A DNA stretch of 51,501 bases, from positions 1 through 51,501 of the IMG/VR virus record IMGVR_UViG_3300037501_000139; one strand, given 5' to 3'. This DNA is from a virus. Its lineage: Duplodnaviria; Caudoviricetes. Below are positions 37,220-46,131 of this stretch, in pieces (the first letter of the stretch is position 1; each line of letters opens with the position of its first letter). A program made the translations under genes and the position numbers. The notes beneath the pieces are model-generated. The model was given only the letters and a program-made list of their open reading frames with translations, made no database searches and was not told the origin of the DNA.

Positions 37220-37830
37220 TGCATAAACCTTCGAAGGACACATACGATTTCATCGCGAAGTGGATCCATCCGGACATGCCGTTCTCTGTCAACGATTCGT
37301 GGCATCGCATGGGGTTTCTGGGCGTGTTCGGCGATTACGTGTTGAGCTGTACACAGGGCGACATCCTCGAGATCGGGGTCGGGGAGAGTTCGATTTATCT
37401 GTCGCAGCTGGCGCGTAAGCACAGCCGCAAGATTTATTATTGCGACATTGAGCATTCGAAGATCATCAACCCTCGCACGGTCCAGGGGTATCTCGAGGAG
37501 AGGTTAGGAGTGTTCGTCATGGATTCGTCGGACAACATGTTCGCGAATATACCCATTTCGCCGATAGCGCTGGCGTTCATCGACGGGTGGCATTCGTATG
37601 ATCAAGTGAAAAAAGATTTTTACAACACGCTGCGGCATCTGGTTAAAGACGGGTATATTTTGTTGCACGACACGTACCCGCCTAATTATGAGGAGTTTAT
37701 CGATGAAAATCACTGCGGCGATGTGTACCGATTTCGGCAGGAGTTGGAGGCTGATCCGGCTTTTGACACTCTTACGCTGGTCAAGGGCGCAGCGATGGGG
37801 GTCGGGCTGACAATTGTGAGGAAAAGATGA
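37219..37830 (+). CDS. Class I SAM-dependent methyltransferase (Methyltransf_24-like)
   Basis: ILEIGVGES, FIDGWHSYDQV..DF, GYILLHDT. Confidence 0.85.
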   Translation: MHKPSKDTYDFIAKWIHPDMPFSVNDSWHRMGFLGVFGDYVLSCTQGDILEIGVGESSIYLSQLARKHSRKIYYCDIEHSKIINPRTVQGYLEERLGVFVMDSSDNMFANIPISPIALAFIDGWHSYDQVKKDFYNTLRHLVKDGYILLHDTYPPNYEEFIDENHCGDVYRFRQELEADPAFDTLTLVKGAAMGVGLTIVRKR

Positions 37831-38888
37831 ACAAAGAACTGCGAGACCTTGATGCGCACTTGTCAGGGGTAGAGAAGTACGACTTCTCACGGATGGCGAG
37901 TTGCGCAGAGAATCGTGCCGGTGGGTACAGCTGGCCGGATATTTATTTCAATCAGAACGATAAACCGTTTCAGACAGATACGGCAATCATCGTGACGAGC
38001 TGGTCAGGTCAGCTGGGGTGGTTGAAGGCGACGCTTTCGGCGTACCGTAGGACAGGGTTCTACGTCATCCTCGCGTATGACAATCCGTTCTACGTCTGGC
38101 AGAACATCGATGATCCGGAACACTCGTTGAGGCTCATGCCGCGGCCGATACATCACTTGTTGGCGCACAGCGTGGTCATCAAGCACAAAACGTATGACGC
38201 TGACAAGCGCACGGGGTGGTTCTGGAATACGAAGTACGCGCAGGCGATCGTCAACGGATTTCCGAACATTAAATACGTCTACGCGACGAACGGGGATTGT
38301 GTCTGCGAGAAACCGGAAGGGTTCGAGGAGTTGAAGCGGATCCTCGGTGACGGTGATTTCATGTCGGGTCAGAGCGAGCCCGGGCGCACGATACATACGG
38401 CGTGTGTCTTGTACAAGATCGAGGCGTTCAACAAGATCATGGACTACATGTCGAGCCGCAACCAGTTCACGATCATTGGAGCACAGTCGCCGGAGTGCAT
38501 GCTGCGCGACGCGGTTAACGTGCTCAAGCTCAAGGAGACGTTTGCTCCGGTGCAGCCTATTCTGCCGGACGGGTCGACGGATTACTATTGTACGCGCGGT
38601 CTGCCTTCGACGTGGCGCGACGTTATCGGGTTCCGAAATCTGTATGCGGAGCAGGAGTACAGGGAAAACAACCGGCTGGATCCGTTGCCGGGGAAGTATT
38701 TCGATCCGTGGATGGACTGGTGTTATTTCAGGGATGACTGGCGGGGGACAATCTGCCGGTATTATCAGACAGGAGACAAGAGGTACTTAATGATGTGGTG
38801 GGATCGGGGTTCGGATACGGACACAGAGCGCCGGTATTACGAGCTCGACCATTACGGAAAGGAGCCGATCATCGATGGGAGTCACTAG
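37827..38888 (+). CDS. Putative GT-A-like transferase, paralog 1
   Basis: AIIVTSW...ILAYDN...KYVYATNGDC layout resembles the GT-A strand/acidic-motif arrangement; cluster context. Confidence 0.5.
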   Translation: MNKELRDLDAHLSGVEKYDFSRMASCAENRAGGYSWPDIYFNQNDKPFQTDTAIIVTSWSGQLGWLKATLSAYRRTGFYVILAYDNPFYVWQNIDDPEHSLRLMPRPIHHLLAHSVVIKHKTYDADKRTGWFWNTKYAQAIVNGFPNIKYVYATNGDCVCEKPEGFEELKRILGDGDFMSGQSEPGRTIHTACVLYKIEAFNKIMDYMSSRNQFTIIGAQSPECMLRDAVNVLKLKETFAPVQPILPDGSTDYYCTRGLPSTWRDVIGFRNLYAEQEYRENNRLDPLPGKYFDPWMDWCYFRDDWRGTICRYYQTGDKRYLMMWWDRGSDTDTERRYYELDHYGKEPIIDGSH

Positions 38889-39819
38889 AGAGGATCGTAT
38901 ACGCAGGGGGCGGTGGCTGGAAGTTCCGGACGCAGAGTGGGAGCAGCAGCTGGCGTCGGTTAATCAGGCGCTTGACGGGTATCTGGGAAACGACGCATGG
39001 GCGCCGAAGATCAAAAAGGATGTTCTCGTTCTATTGATTTCGCATCCGGCCGGGAGGTGCTACCTCACAGGATCCCTGCGGACGCACAAGGATCTCGGTT
39101 ACTGGATCGCGGTGGCGTACGACAATTATTTCGATCCGGCTTTGACGAAGTACGACTGGGATGGATTGATGCCGGCAAAGGATCAGATGGACATGATTGA
39201 CAGTTTCTTCATGGGGCATCATCAGACGTGGGGTGGCGTGTCGTACCCGTTCATGTGGCTCCTGCGCATTGCGGCCGGGTTCGGGCTAAACTTCAAATAT
39301 GTGTACTGCATCAACGGTGATTGCATCATCGAGAAACCGGAAGGGTTCCCGATGATGATCGAGACCCTCGGCGATGCGGACATCATGTCATCCGGTCCGG
39401 CGCTCGAGCGCGAGATCGGGACGGCGGGGTTGCTCATGCGGTCGCAAGCATTTTTCGGGATCGCCAAGCATATGGTCGACCACGTTGTACCATTTGAGGA
39501 ATACGAGAAATCGACGCAGGATTTCGGGAACACCGAGGGTCGGCTTGCGGTTGCGGTGCGGGATCTCGGGTTGAAGCAGGTTATCGTTGAGCCGGGGTAT
39601 AACGAACAGCTGCATATTCCGGGGCACGGGTTCTGGTGGAAGACGATAGGATTTCGACATATCCATGGAGAACACAATTACGCATATAGATATCATGCGA
39701 TACCACCCGAGTCGAAGTATTTTGACCCAAGGTTTATGGGTGACGAATATAATCAAATTCTGAGATATCACGAAACAAAAGATAAATCCATCCTCGAGGC
39801 ATGGTGGGAGAAAGGTTAA
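38875..39819 (+). CDS. Putative GT-A-like transferase, paralog 2
   Basis: Shares AYDN.F, KYVY..NGDC..EKPEGF, IGFR and KYFDP with the upstream gene. Confidence 0.5.
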   Translation: MGVTREDRIRRGRWLEVPDAEWEQQLASVNQALDGYLGNDAWAPKIKKDVLVLLISHPAGRCYLTGSLRTHKDLGYWIAVAYDNYFDPALTKYDWDGLMPAKDQMDMIDSFFMGHHQTWGGVSYPFMWLLRIAAGFGLNFKYVYCINGDCIIEKPEGFPMMIETLGDADIMSSGPALEREIGTAGLLMRSQAFFGIAKHMVDHVVPFEEYEKSTQDFGNTEGRLAVAVRDLGLKQVIVEPGYNEQLHIPGHGFWWKTIGFRHIHGEHNYAYRYHAIPPESKYFDPRFMGDEYNQILRYHETKDKSILEAWWEKG

Positions 39820-39820
39820 C

Positions 39821-42800
39821 ATGGCTCAATTCGGATATACGACGGTAGGGGCGAACGAGAACACAGCGCAGGGGTATTATATTCAAGGATGTTTGTTCGA
39901 TGGAGCCGCCGGTGTCGCGGAGTCGATCAGCATTTACCTGAAACAATCGGGCGCCTACACGCCGTATATCAAGTGTGCCATTTATGATGCGAGCTTGAAT
40001 AAAATCGCCGAGAGTGAGGAGTGGCAGCTCACAGCATCGTGGGACGGGTGGAAGACTTTCAACCTTACAACGAATCCGACGATTTCAGATCAGCAGTATT
40101 ATTTATGTGTATGGGGTTATGAGCCGTACATTTTCATGTACGACACCGGGGTGACGAACCAGCGTGGAAAAGTACAGTATACATACGGCGCGTGGCCAGA
40201 TCCGATATCTGGGTGGTCTGGGCTGTATAGTTACAAGATGTCGATGTACTGCACATACACAGAGAGCACCTCGACTCCAGATTATACGCAGGACGCGGAC
40301 TGTGATGCAGCATTCATATTCGCAGAGGGATCTGGTACCTCGGTTGCGGACGTTTCGGACAACGGCAACGAAGGAACGTTTGCGTCATCCGGGCATCCGG
40401 CATGGAGTGCGGATGTACCGAGTTTCGCGGGGCAGGGTGAAGCAGTAGGATCCGTTGAGTTCGATGGGTCAGACGTTGTCGACATGATTGATCTTGGAAC
40501 GCAGGAGATCGCGACGGAAAGCGAACCGTTGACGTTTGTCTGCTGGGCAAAGCTCGATACGCTGTTGGGAACAGCACAGTCAAGAGATAGGAGATTATTC
40601 TCGAGGTCAGTTGATGGCGAAGGTATTTGTTTATATTTTTCGGGTGACGATGGGGTGACTCCTGCGAACAACCGCGTGTATTTCGAGGTGCCGGGCGATA
40701 CGTATCTTCTGGCAAATATTGCTCCGGGGAGCGACCTTGCGATTAACACGTGGACACATTTCGCGGTGACGTGGGATGGGACGACGAGTTCGAGCGGAAT
40801 TAAAATTTATATAAACTCTGTTCTATATCCCAAGAACCACGGAGAAGAAGGATCGGGGCTGTGGGACAACGCGGGTTTACACACATTCATTGGGAATCTT
40901 GATGATGGTTCCGCGACGCTCGATGGCAAGATTACGCAGGTTGCGTTTTTCGATCGCGTGTTGAGCGCGGGAGAAATCGGAGATATTTTCAATTACGGGT
41001 TGCAGGGGCTGGAGCCGTCATACAGCTCAAGCTCATCTTGTTGTTCGTCTTCAAGCTCTTCCTGCCGGTCGAGTAGTTCATCGAGTATCTCATCATCTTC
41101 CAGCAGCTGGTCTTTTACCTCTTCGTCAAGTTCTTGTTCATCATCTTCATGTCGTTCAAGCAGCTCAAGTTCCTCCTGCCGTTCGTCAAGCAGCTCCTGC
41201 CGATCATCGTCATCGAGCTCATGCCGATCATCATCAAGCTCTTCGGCATACCCAGAGTCTGCGACGGGAACGGCATATTACGTTGACGCAGCGCGCCCCA
41301 ACGATTCCGGAGACGGGTTGTCATGGGCGACGGCGAAGAAATACATCCAGTCTGGCGTATCGGCAATGGGTGGCGGTGATCGGCTGTATATCAAAAACGG
41401 GACGTACACCAACGCGCAGGATTTCATCGACGGAGGGCTCTATTCATCGCAGTACGGAAACCTCAAGAACGGAACAGCGAGCCAGTACACGCGCATTTAC
41501 GCCGAGACCGATTTCGGCGTAACGATCAATATCCCAGCAGACAACGCTCGGCATCCGTGCGCGATATGGAACCGATCGTATGTCGAGATCCGCGGGATCC
41601 GGTTCATGGGTGGATCATCGCCGAAGGTTTACCTCGCGGGGACGACGAACCATTGTAAGATCATCCGGTGTTGCAACAACGGCGCCGGAGGGAATACTTC
41701 GCATTTCTTGTCGACGGGAACGTACAATCTGTTTGAGGAGTGCTACGCGTGGGGGTACGGCCGGTATCCGTTCGGGACGTTCGGTGCGGCGCAGTATAAC
41801 GTATTCCGAAGATGTCTTGTGCGGTGGGATGGGTCTAACACATCCGAACCGCAGGCATGTTTTGCAAATTATGACACAGATTCTGTCGCGTTCCAGAATT
41901 GTATCGCGATAAATGGGGAGGACAACAACGAGATGCCGGATACGACGTATGATGGCATCAAGGGATTCTTTACGCCGAACGGGTGTTCACATACGTATTT
42001 TGAAGGATGCATCGCTCTCGATTTCGAAGGGGCCGGGTATTGGCTCGAGGGGACGCCGATAGTCGATGTTAGCTTGAAGAACTGCATCGCGTGGGATGTG
42101 CATAAGGTCAGCTATACAGTGGGATATGCCGCATATCTTCTTTATTGCCGGTATGATGCAACGGGCGGTCCTGTGGTGGTTGACCATTGCACCTTTGGTG
42201 TCAGCGATCTCGGCGAGGGGATCACGGCATACGAGGCGCTGCCAAACCGGCAGATAAAGAATTCAATTATTTACGGTGTGTACTTGAATTCCGGATTCTA
42301 CGCAGTCACGGGCCCGTGGGCTTATGAGGATTATAACTGCTATTACAACAACACGGGAAACAGAAATTTCAACGGGACTCTTGGTTCGCATTCAAAGACG
42401 ACGATTAACCCGTTGACAAATTCGCTGCGGTACTTGCCGCGAATCGAGAGCGGATCATCACTTGATGGGCAGGCGTCAGACGGCGGGGATATCGGCGCTA
42501 CGGTGGTCAACAAGATTGGGCAGTCTGGCAAGCTCTGGGGCGAGTCGGGGTGGAATGTGGATACGGGGGAGAGTTTGTGGCCGTTCCCGAACGAGGCGCA
42601 GATTAAATCAGATATCTCATCGTATGACGACCGCGGGTTCTGCGCCGCGGGGGAGACGTTGACGCATTATATCTGGAATTATCTTGGCAACGGTGGGTTC
42701 CCGGGCACGAGTACGTCGTCATCGAGTTCATCGAGCTGCCGGTCATCATCAAGCAGCAGTTGTTCATCGAGCAGTTGCCGGTCGTCATCAAGCAGCTGCT

Positions 42801-43624
42801 GTTCATCGTCGAGTTCGTCATGGAGTTATACGTCGTCGTCTTCGAGCAGCCGGAGCTCGTCATCAAGCAGCTGCCGGTCATCCTCGTCGAGCTCCTGTCG
42901 GTCATCGAGCAGCTCATGTTCATCGAGCAGCTGCCGGTCGTCGTCGAGCAGCTGCCGGTCTTCCAGCAGTTCATCGAGCTCTTCTTGCCGATCATCGTCG
43001 TCCAGTTGCTCATCGTCTTCGAGCTCAATATCGAGCAAGTCGAGCTCATCCTCAAGCTGCCGGAGCTCAAGCTCGTCTTCCAGCTGCCGGTCATCCAGCA
43101 GTTCGTCGAGCACGAACCTGTCGAGCTCTTCGTCGTCATCCAGCTCTTGCCGGTCCTCGAGCAGCTCATCCAGCTCCTGCCGGTCGTCAAGCAGCTCATC
43201 GAGTTCGTACAGCGGATCCGTTAATTACAGCCGGGACGACGTTGTGGCGATCCCTGCCACAGACGCGGACCTGCCGACGCCGTTTACGGCGCAGAATTAT
43301 GTCGATGTGGCGGCAGTGGACAGCGTGTTCGTAACGCAGGACGCGATAGACCAGTATGCGATTAAGTTGTTCAAGAAGAAGTTCGCGTCCGTATCGGAGT
43401 TTCAGGCTACGTGGACGGGGAAATCTACCCGGGCGCCGTCGTTATCAGCGGTAAGTTTAAGCGCGTATAACCACACCACGGGCCTGTGGGTACAGCTGGC
43501 GGCGAATTCGACAGCAGGGGCGAACGTGCCGTTTACGTTGTCCGGATCCGTAGCTGTGGGGTATGCGGACTATTTCGACGCTGGCGGGTGGGTGTCATTC
43601 ATGGTGAGTCAGAGGGCGGTATGA
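39821..43624 (+). CDS. Large virion appendage protein: LamG-like + right-handed beta-helix + two poly-Ser tracts
   Basis: WTHFAVTWDG...FDRVLS (LamG); YYVD...GDGLSWATAK...GDRLYIKNGTY and repeated F..C.A (beta-helix); Ser tracts at about 41018-41245 and 42709-43213. Confidence 0.75.
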   Translation: MAQFGYTTVGANENTAQGYYIQGCLFDGAAGVAESISIYLKQSGAYTPYIKCAIYDASLNKIAESEEWQLTASWDGWKTFNLTTNPTISDQQYYLCVWGYEPYIFMYDTGVTNQRGKVQYTYGAWPDPISGWSGLYSYKMSMYCTYTESTSTPDYTQDADCDAAFIFAEGSGTSVADVSDNGNEGTFASSGHPAWSADVPSFAGQGEAVGSVEFDGSDVVDMIDLGTQEIATESEPLTFVCWAKLDTLLGTAQSRDRRLFSRSVDGEGICLYFSGDDGVTPANNRVYFEVPGDTYLLANIAPGSDLAINTWTHFAVTWDGTTSSSGIKIYINSVLYPKNHGEEGSGLWDNAGLHTFIGNLDDGSATLDGKITQVAFFDRVLSAGEIGDIFNYGLQGLEPSYSSSSSCCSSSSSSCRSSSSSSISSSSSSWSFTSSSSSCSSSSCRSSSSSSSCRSSSSSCRSSSSSSCRSSSSSSAYPESATGTAYYVDAARPNDSGDGLSWATAKKYIQSGVSAMGGGDRLYIKNGTYTNAQDFIDGGLYSSQYGNLKNGTASQYTRIYAETDFGVTINIPADNARHPCAIWNRSYVEIRGIRFMGGSSPKVYLAGTTNHCKIIRCCNNGAGGNTSHFLSTGTYNLFEECYAWGYGRYPFGTFGAAQYNVFRRCLVRWDGSNTSEPQACFANYDTDSVAFQNCIAINGEDNNEMPDTTYDGIKGFFTPNGCSHTYFEGCIALDFEGAGYWLEGTPIVDVSLKNCIAWDVHKVSYTVGYAAYLLYCRYDATGGPVVVDHCTFGVSDLGEGITAYEALPNRQIKNSIIYGVYLNSGFYAVTGPWAYEDYNCYYNNTGNRNFNGTLGSHSKTTINPLTNSLRYLPRIESGSSLDGQASDGGDIGATVVNKIGQSGKLWGESGWNVDTGESLWPFPNEAQIKSDISSYDDRGFCAAGETLTHYIWNYLGNGGFPGTSTSSSSSSSCRSSSSSSCSSSSCRSSSSSCCSSSSSSWSYTSSSSSSRSSSSSSCRSSSSSSCRSSSSSCSSSSCRSSSSSCRSSSSSSSSSCRSSSSSCSSSSSSISSKSSSSSSCRSSSSSSSCRSSSSSSSTNLSSSSSSSSSCRSSSSSSSSCRSSSSSSSSYSGSVNYSRDDVVAIPATDADLPTPFTAQNYVDVAAVDSVFVTQDAIDQYAIKLFKKKFASVSEFQATWTGKSTRAPSLSAVSLSAYNHTTGLWVQLAANSTAGANVPFTLSGSVAVGYADYFDAGGWVSFMVSQRAV

Positions 43625-44148
43625 TCATCACCTTAAGCACAGATTATTTCGTCGCATCCGGGCATACGCCGGTCGTCGCGACGTTGTCGACAGATTATTT
43701 CAGCGCAGACGTGTACGCGTCGTCATCGAGCTCGTGCAGGAGCTCCTCGTCATGTTCTTCGTCGTCCTCGTGTTGCAGCTCTTCCTGTTCGTCCTGCCGG
43801 TCATCTTCCTCATCCAGCTCCTGCAGAAGCTCGTCGTCATCATCATGCCGGTCAAGCAGCAGTTCATCGAGCTGTCGATCGTCGTCATCTTCATCGTCGA
43901 GGTCAATGTCCTCAAGCAGCTCGCGCAGCGTGTCGAGTTCGTCATCGAGCCGGAGCTTCAGCTCATCGTCATCGAGCAAATCATCTTCAAGCTCGTCATC
44001 GAGCTGTGTGTCAAGTTCATCGAGCTGCAGATCGAGTTCATTGAGTTCTTCATCATCGAGTTCTATGAGTTTTTCGAGCCTGACATTGTACGATACTAGG
44101 GATTCGTTTATAACTCCGGTAACGGTTTATAATTCATATTTACATTAG
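43621..44148 (+). CDS. Small protein made mostly of poly-Ser (about 120 of 175 aa)
   Basis: ATGA coupling; N-terminal TLSTDYF twice, then SSSSC(R)SSSS repeats. Confidence 0.65.
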   Translation: MIITLSTDYFVASGHTPVVATLSTDYFSADVYASSSSSCRSSSSCSSSSSCCSSSCSSCRSSSSSSSCRSSSSSSCRSSSSSSSCRSSSSSSSRSMSSSSSRSVSSSSSSRSFSSSSSSKSSSSSSSSCVSSSSSCRSSSLSSSSSSSMSFSSLTLYDTRDSFITPVTVYNSYLH

Positions 44149-44157
44149 GAGGACGGC

Positions 44158-46131
44158 ATGGCGGCGAATAGAACGAAAACGATAGAGTACATGCTCCCGA
44201 TGCTATCCACCGCAGCGACATATCTGGTTGAAGGTACGTCGTATAACGACAGCGCCGATACGACCATTTATATCCCCGAAACAACGAGCCGCACGTTTAA
44301 GTCGGTGTTCCTAGAGCTGGTTATACATGATGCGACGACAACGTATACCTACAATTTATCCGCGTGGGGAATACGCGGTTCTTGCGATGCCGGTTCTACG
44401 TGGACTTCGGCTACAGTAGCGTCTGGATATGCGACGAGCGGAGAAAACATGTCGCATGTTTTTGTCGTCGATATGACAGCCGAATTTGTAGCTCGGTTTT
44501 CAGGAGCGTCCGATACGTTTAGATACGGATTTTACATGGATTATTCCGGGGTATGCAACGTCGCGAATGTATCGGCTAAATTATATATCACGTATGAGTA
44601 CGATGATACCGCGCATGCAACAAGAGTTAAGACTGTCCGCATCCCGATAGAGTCATTGAACGGGAGGTTGTCGAATAGCGCGCAGGAAGTCAAGCAGGCA
44701 TCGACGGCAGCGAATCAGTTGCCCGCGTTATTACACGCTTCGACTCCGTTCTTGCCGGAGAATTCGGTAACAATTCGCCAGGCATTTTGTGAGTTGTGGA
44801 CAAAAACGACTCCGTCTGCTACCACAGATTCGCAGTTGTATTTAAAAGTTGATTCGGGAGGTTCGGAAACGACGTTCGGGCTAGTCGAGGATGGCGGGTC
44901 TTCTCCTATCACGATTAGGTATCTGTACAATGTAACTTCTACCGACTGGACATCGGCGCATGCCTTATATGCCCGCCACAACAATGCCAGCGAGAGCCAT
45001 TATCTGCATCTCGGCGGGTGGTTGACCGTAACGTACGAGTATAATCACACCAACTCATCCACGATACTCAACAGCGTCGTCTGGGGTATGGGAGATGCTG
45101 TGTTGAACGTGCGTACGTCAGGAGACGTGGACAAGGTTTCGCTCGAGCGGTGGATCGAGGAACCGGCAACGATTACATTAGTACAGAGCGGAGTTTTCGT
45201 TACGGCGGAAACGGGGACTACGTCAGGCACATTGAGTTTCGGTGTCGGTAGTCAAACGGTTACTGGATATACGCCGACGGCAGGCGCGACGGATGCGGGA
45301 TTCTTGTCCTTTATGCACAGAATAGATGCCGGTGGTCACCGTGGAGCTGGCGTAACTTTAGCCCGTGGGAAAAACACATTCACGTGTCAGTTCTACGCCA
45401 GCAATAACGACTATGTCGGAAACGTGTCGGCGTTGATGATTTTGAATTACACGTCCGGTAAACATGCGAATGGCGATGGGGTGCATAATCATTCGGTTTA
45501 CTGGGGGATGTATGCCAATAACGCGGCGGCTACCGCGAACGCTGTGTTGACTACGATAACGACGCCATCTATCCTGGAAAGCAATTATTACCTGCAATGC
45601 GTAGCTCCGGTTCTCTATTTCAGCGGTATACAAGGATCCGTTGTGTACTTTTTTGTGGAGTGCGAATTGCAGTCCGGTGAAGGCGAGGGGGCTATCGGCG
45701 CAGGCTGGTTTCCGTTTTATTCAGCTGTTAGCGTGAGCGGAAACGAGCGAAAGCCGAACATTTCTTTTACGTGTGGTGGAAAATTCTTCCGCAGGTATCC
45801 GAATACGCCGGATACGAAATATATGGAATTAGAAACGACGAGGTCGTGGAGATACTACGGGGTTACCGCTCAATTTGCTTTTGGGTTGTGGGTTACTTAT
45901 CATTCAATAACCTTTACCGTAAGCGGTACCGTTAGCGGATACACAGGAGATGGGTCAGGGCTGACGGTTAAGTTGTATAGAACGGACAACGGTGCATATC
46001 TGGGCAGCGCGACAACCGCGGCTGGCGGTGGATATACGTTTACTTGGTACGATAATACCATTGATGTTCTCGCTGAATGCAGGCAGGATGCGACGCACGT
46101 GGGACGCAGTGACAACGGAGTTGGTACGTAA
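44158..46131 (+). CDS. Beta-rich putative virion protein with an Ig-like C-terminus
   Basis: AGGAGG SD; two LYITYEYD/LTVTYEYN-like repeats; TVSGTVSG...TVKLYR...GGYTF. Confidence 0.6.
   Translation: MAANRTKTIEYMLPMLSTAATYLVEGTSYNDSADTTIYIPETTSRTFKSVFLELVIHDATTTYTYNLSAWGIRGSCDAGSTWTSATVASGYATSGENMSHVFVVDMTAEFVARFSGASDTFRYGFYMDYSGVCNVANVSAKLYITYEYDDTAHATRVKTVRIPIESLNGRLSNSAQEVKQASTAANQLPALLHASTPFLPENSVTIRQAFCELWTKTTPSATTDSQLYLKVDSGGSETTFGLVEDGGSSPITIRYLYNVTSTDWTSAHALYARHNNASESHYLHLGGWLTVTYEYNHTNSSTILNSVVWGMGDAVLNVRTSGDVDKVSLERWIEEPATITLVQSGVFVTAETGTTSGTLSFGVGSQTVTGYTPTAGATDAGFLSFMHRIDAGGHRGAGVTLARGKNTFTCQFYASNNDYVGNVSALMILNYTSGKHANGDGVHNHSVYWGMYANNAAATANAVLTTITTPSILESNYYLQCVAPVLYFSGIQGSVVYFFVECELQSGEGEGAIGAGWFPFYSAVSVSGNERKPNISFTCGGKFFRRYPNTPDTKYMELETTRSWRYYGVTAQFAFGLWVTYHSITFTVSGTVSGYTGDGSGLTVKLYRTDNGAYLGSATTAAGGGYTFTWYDNTIDVLAECRQDATHVGRSDNGVGT

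Noticed and set aside
31255-39819. Host LPS operon captured at a prophage edge
   Set aside because: The cluster is flanked on both sides by virion genes, is tightly coupled to them, and lacks wzx/wzy or other host genes.
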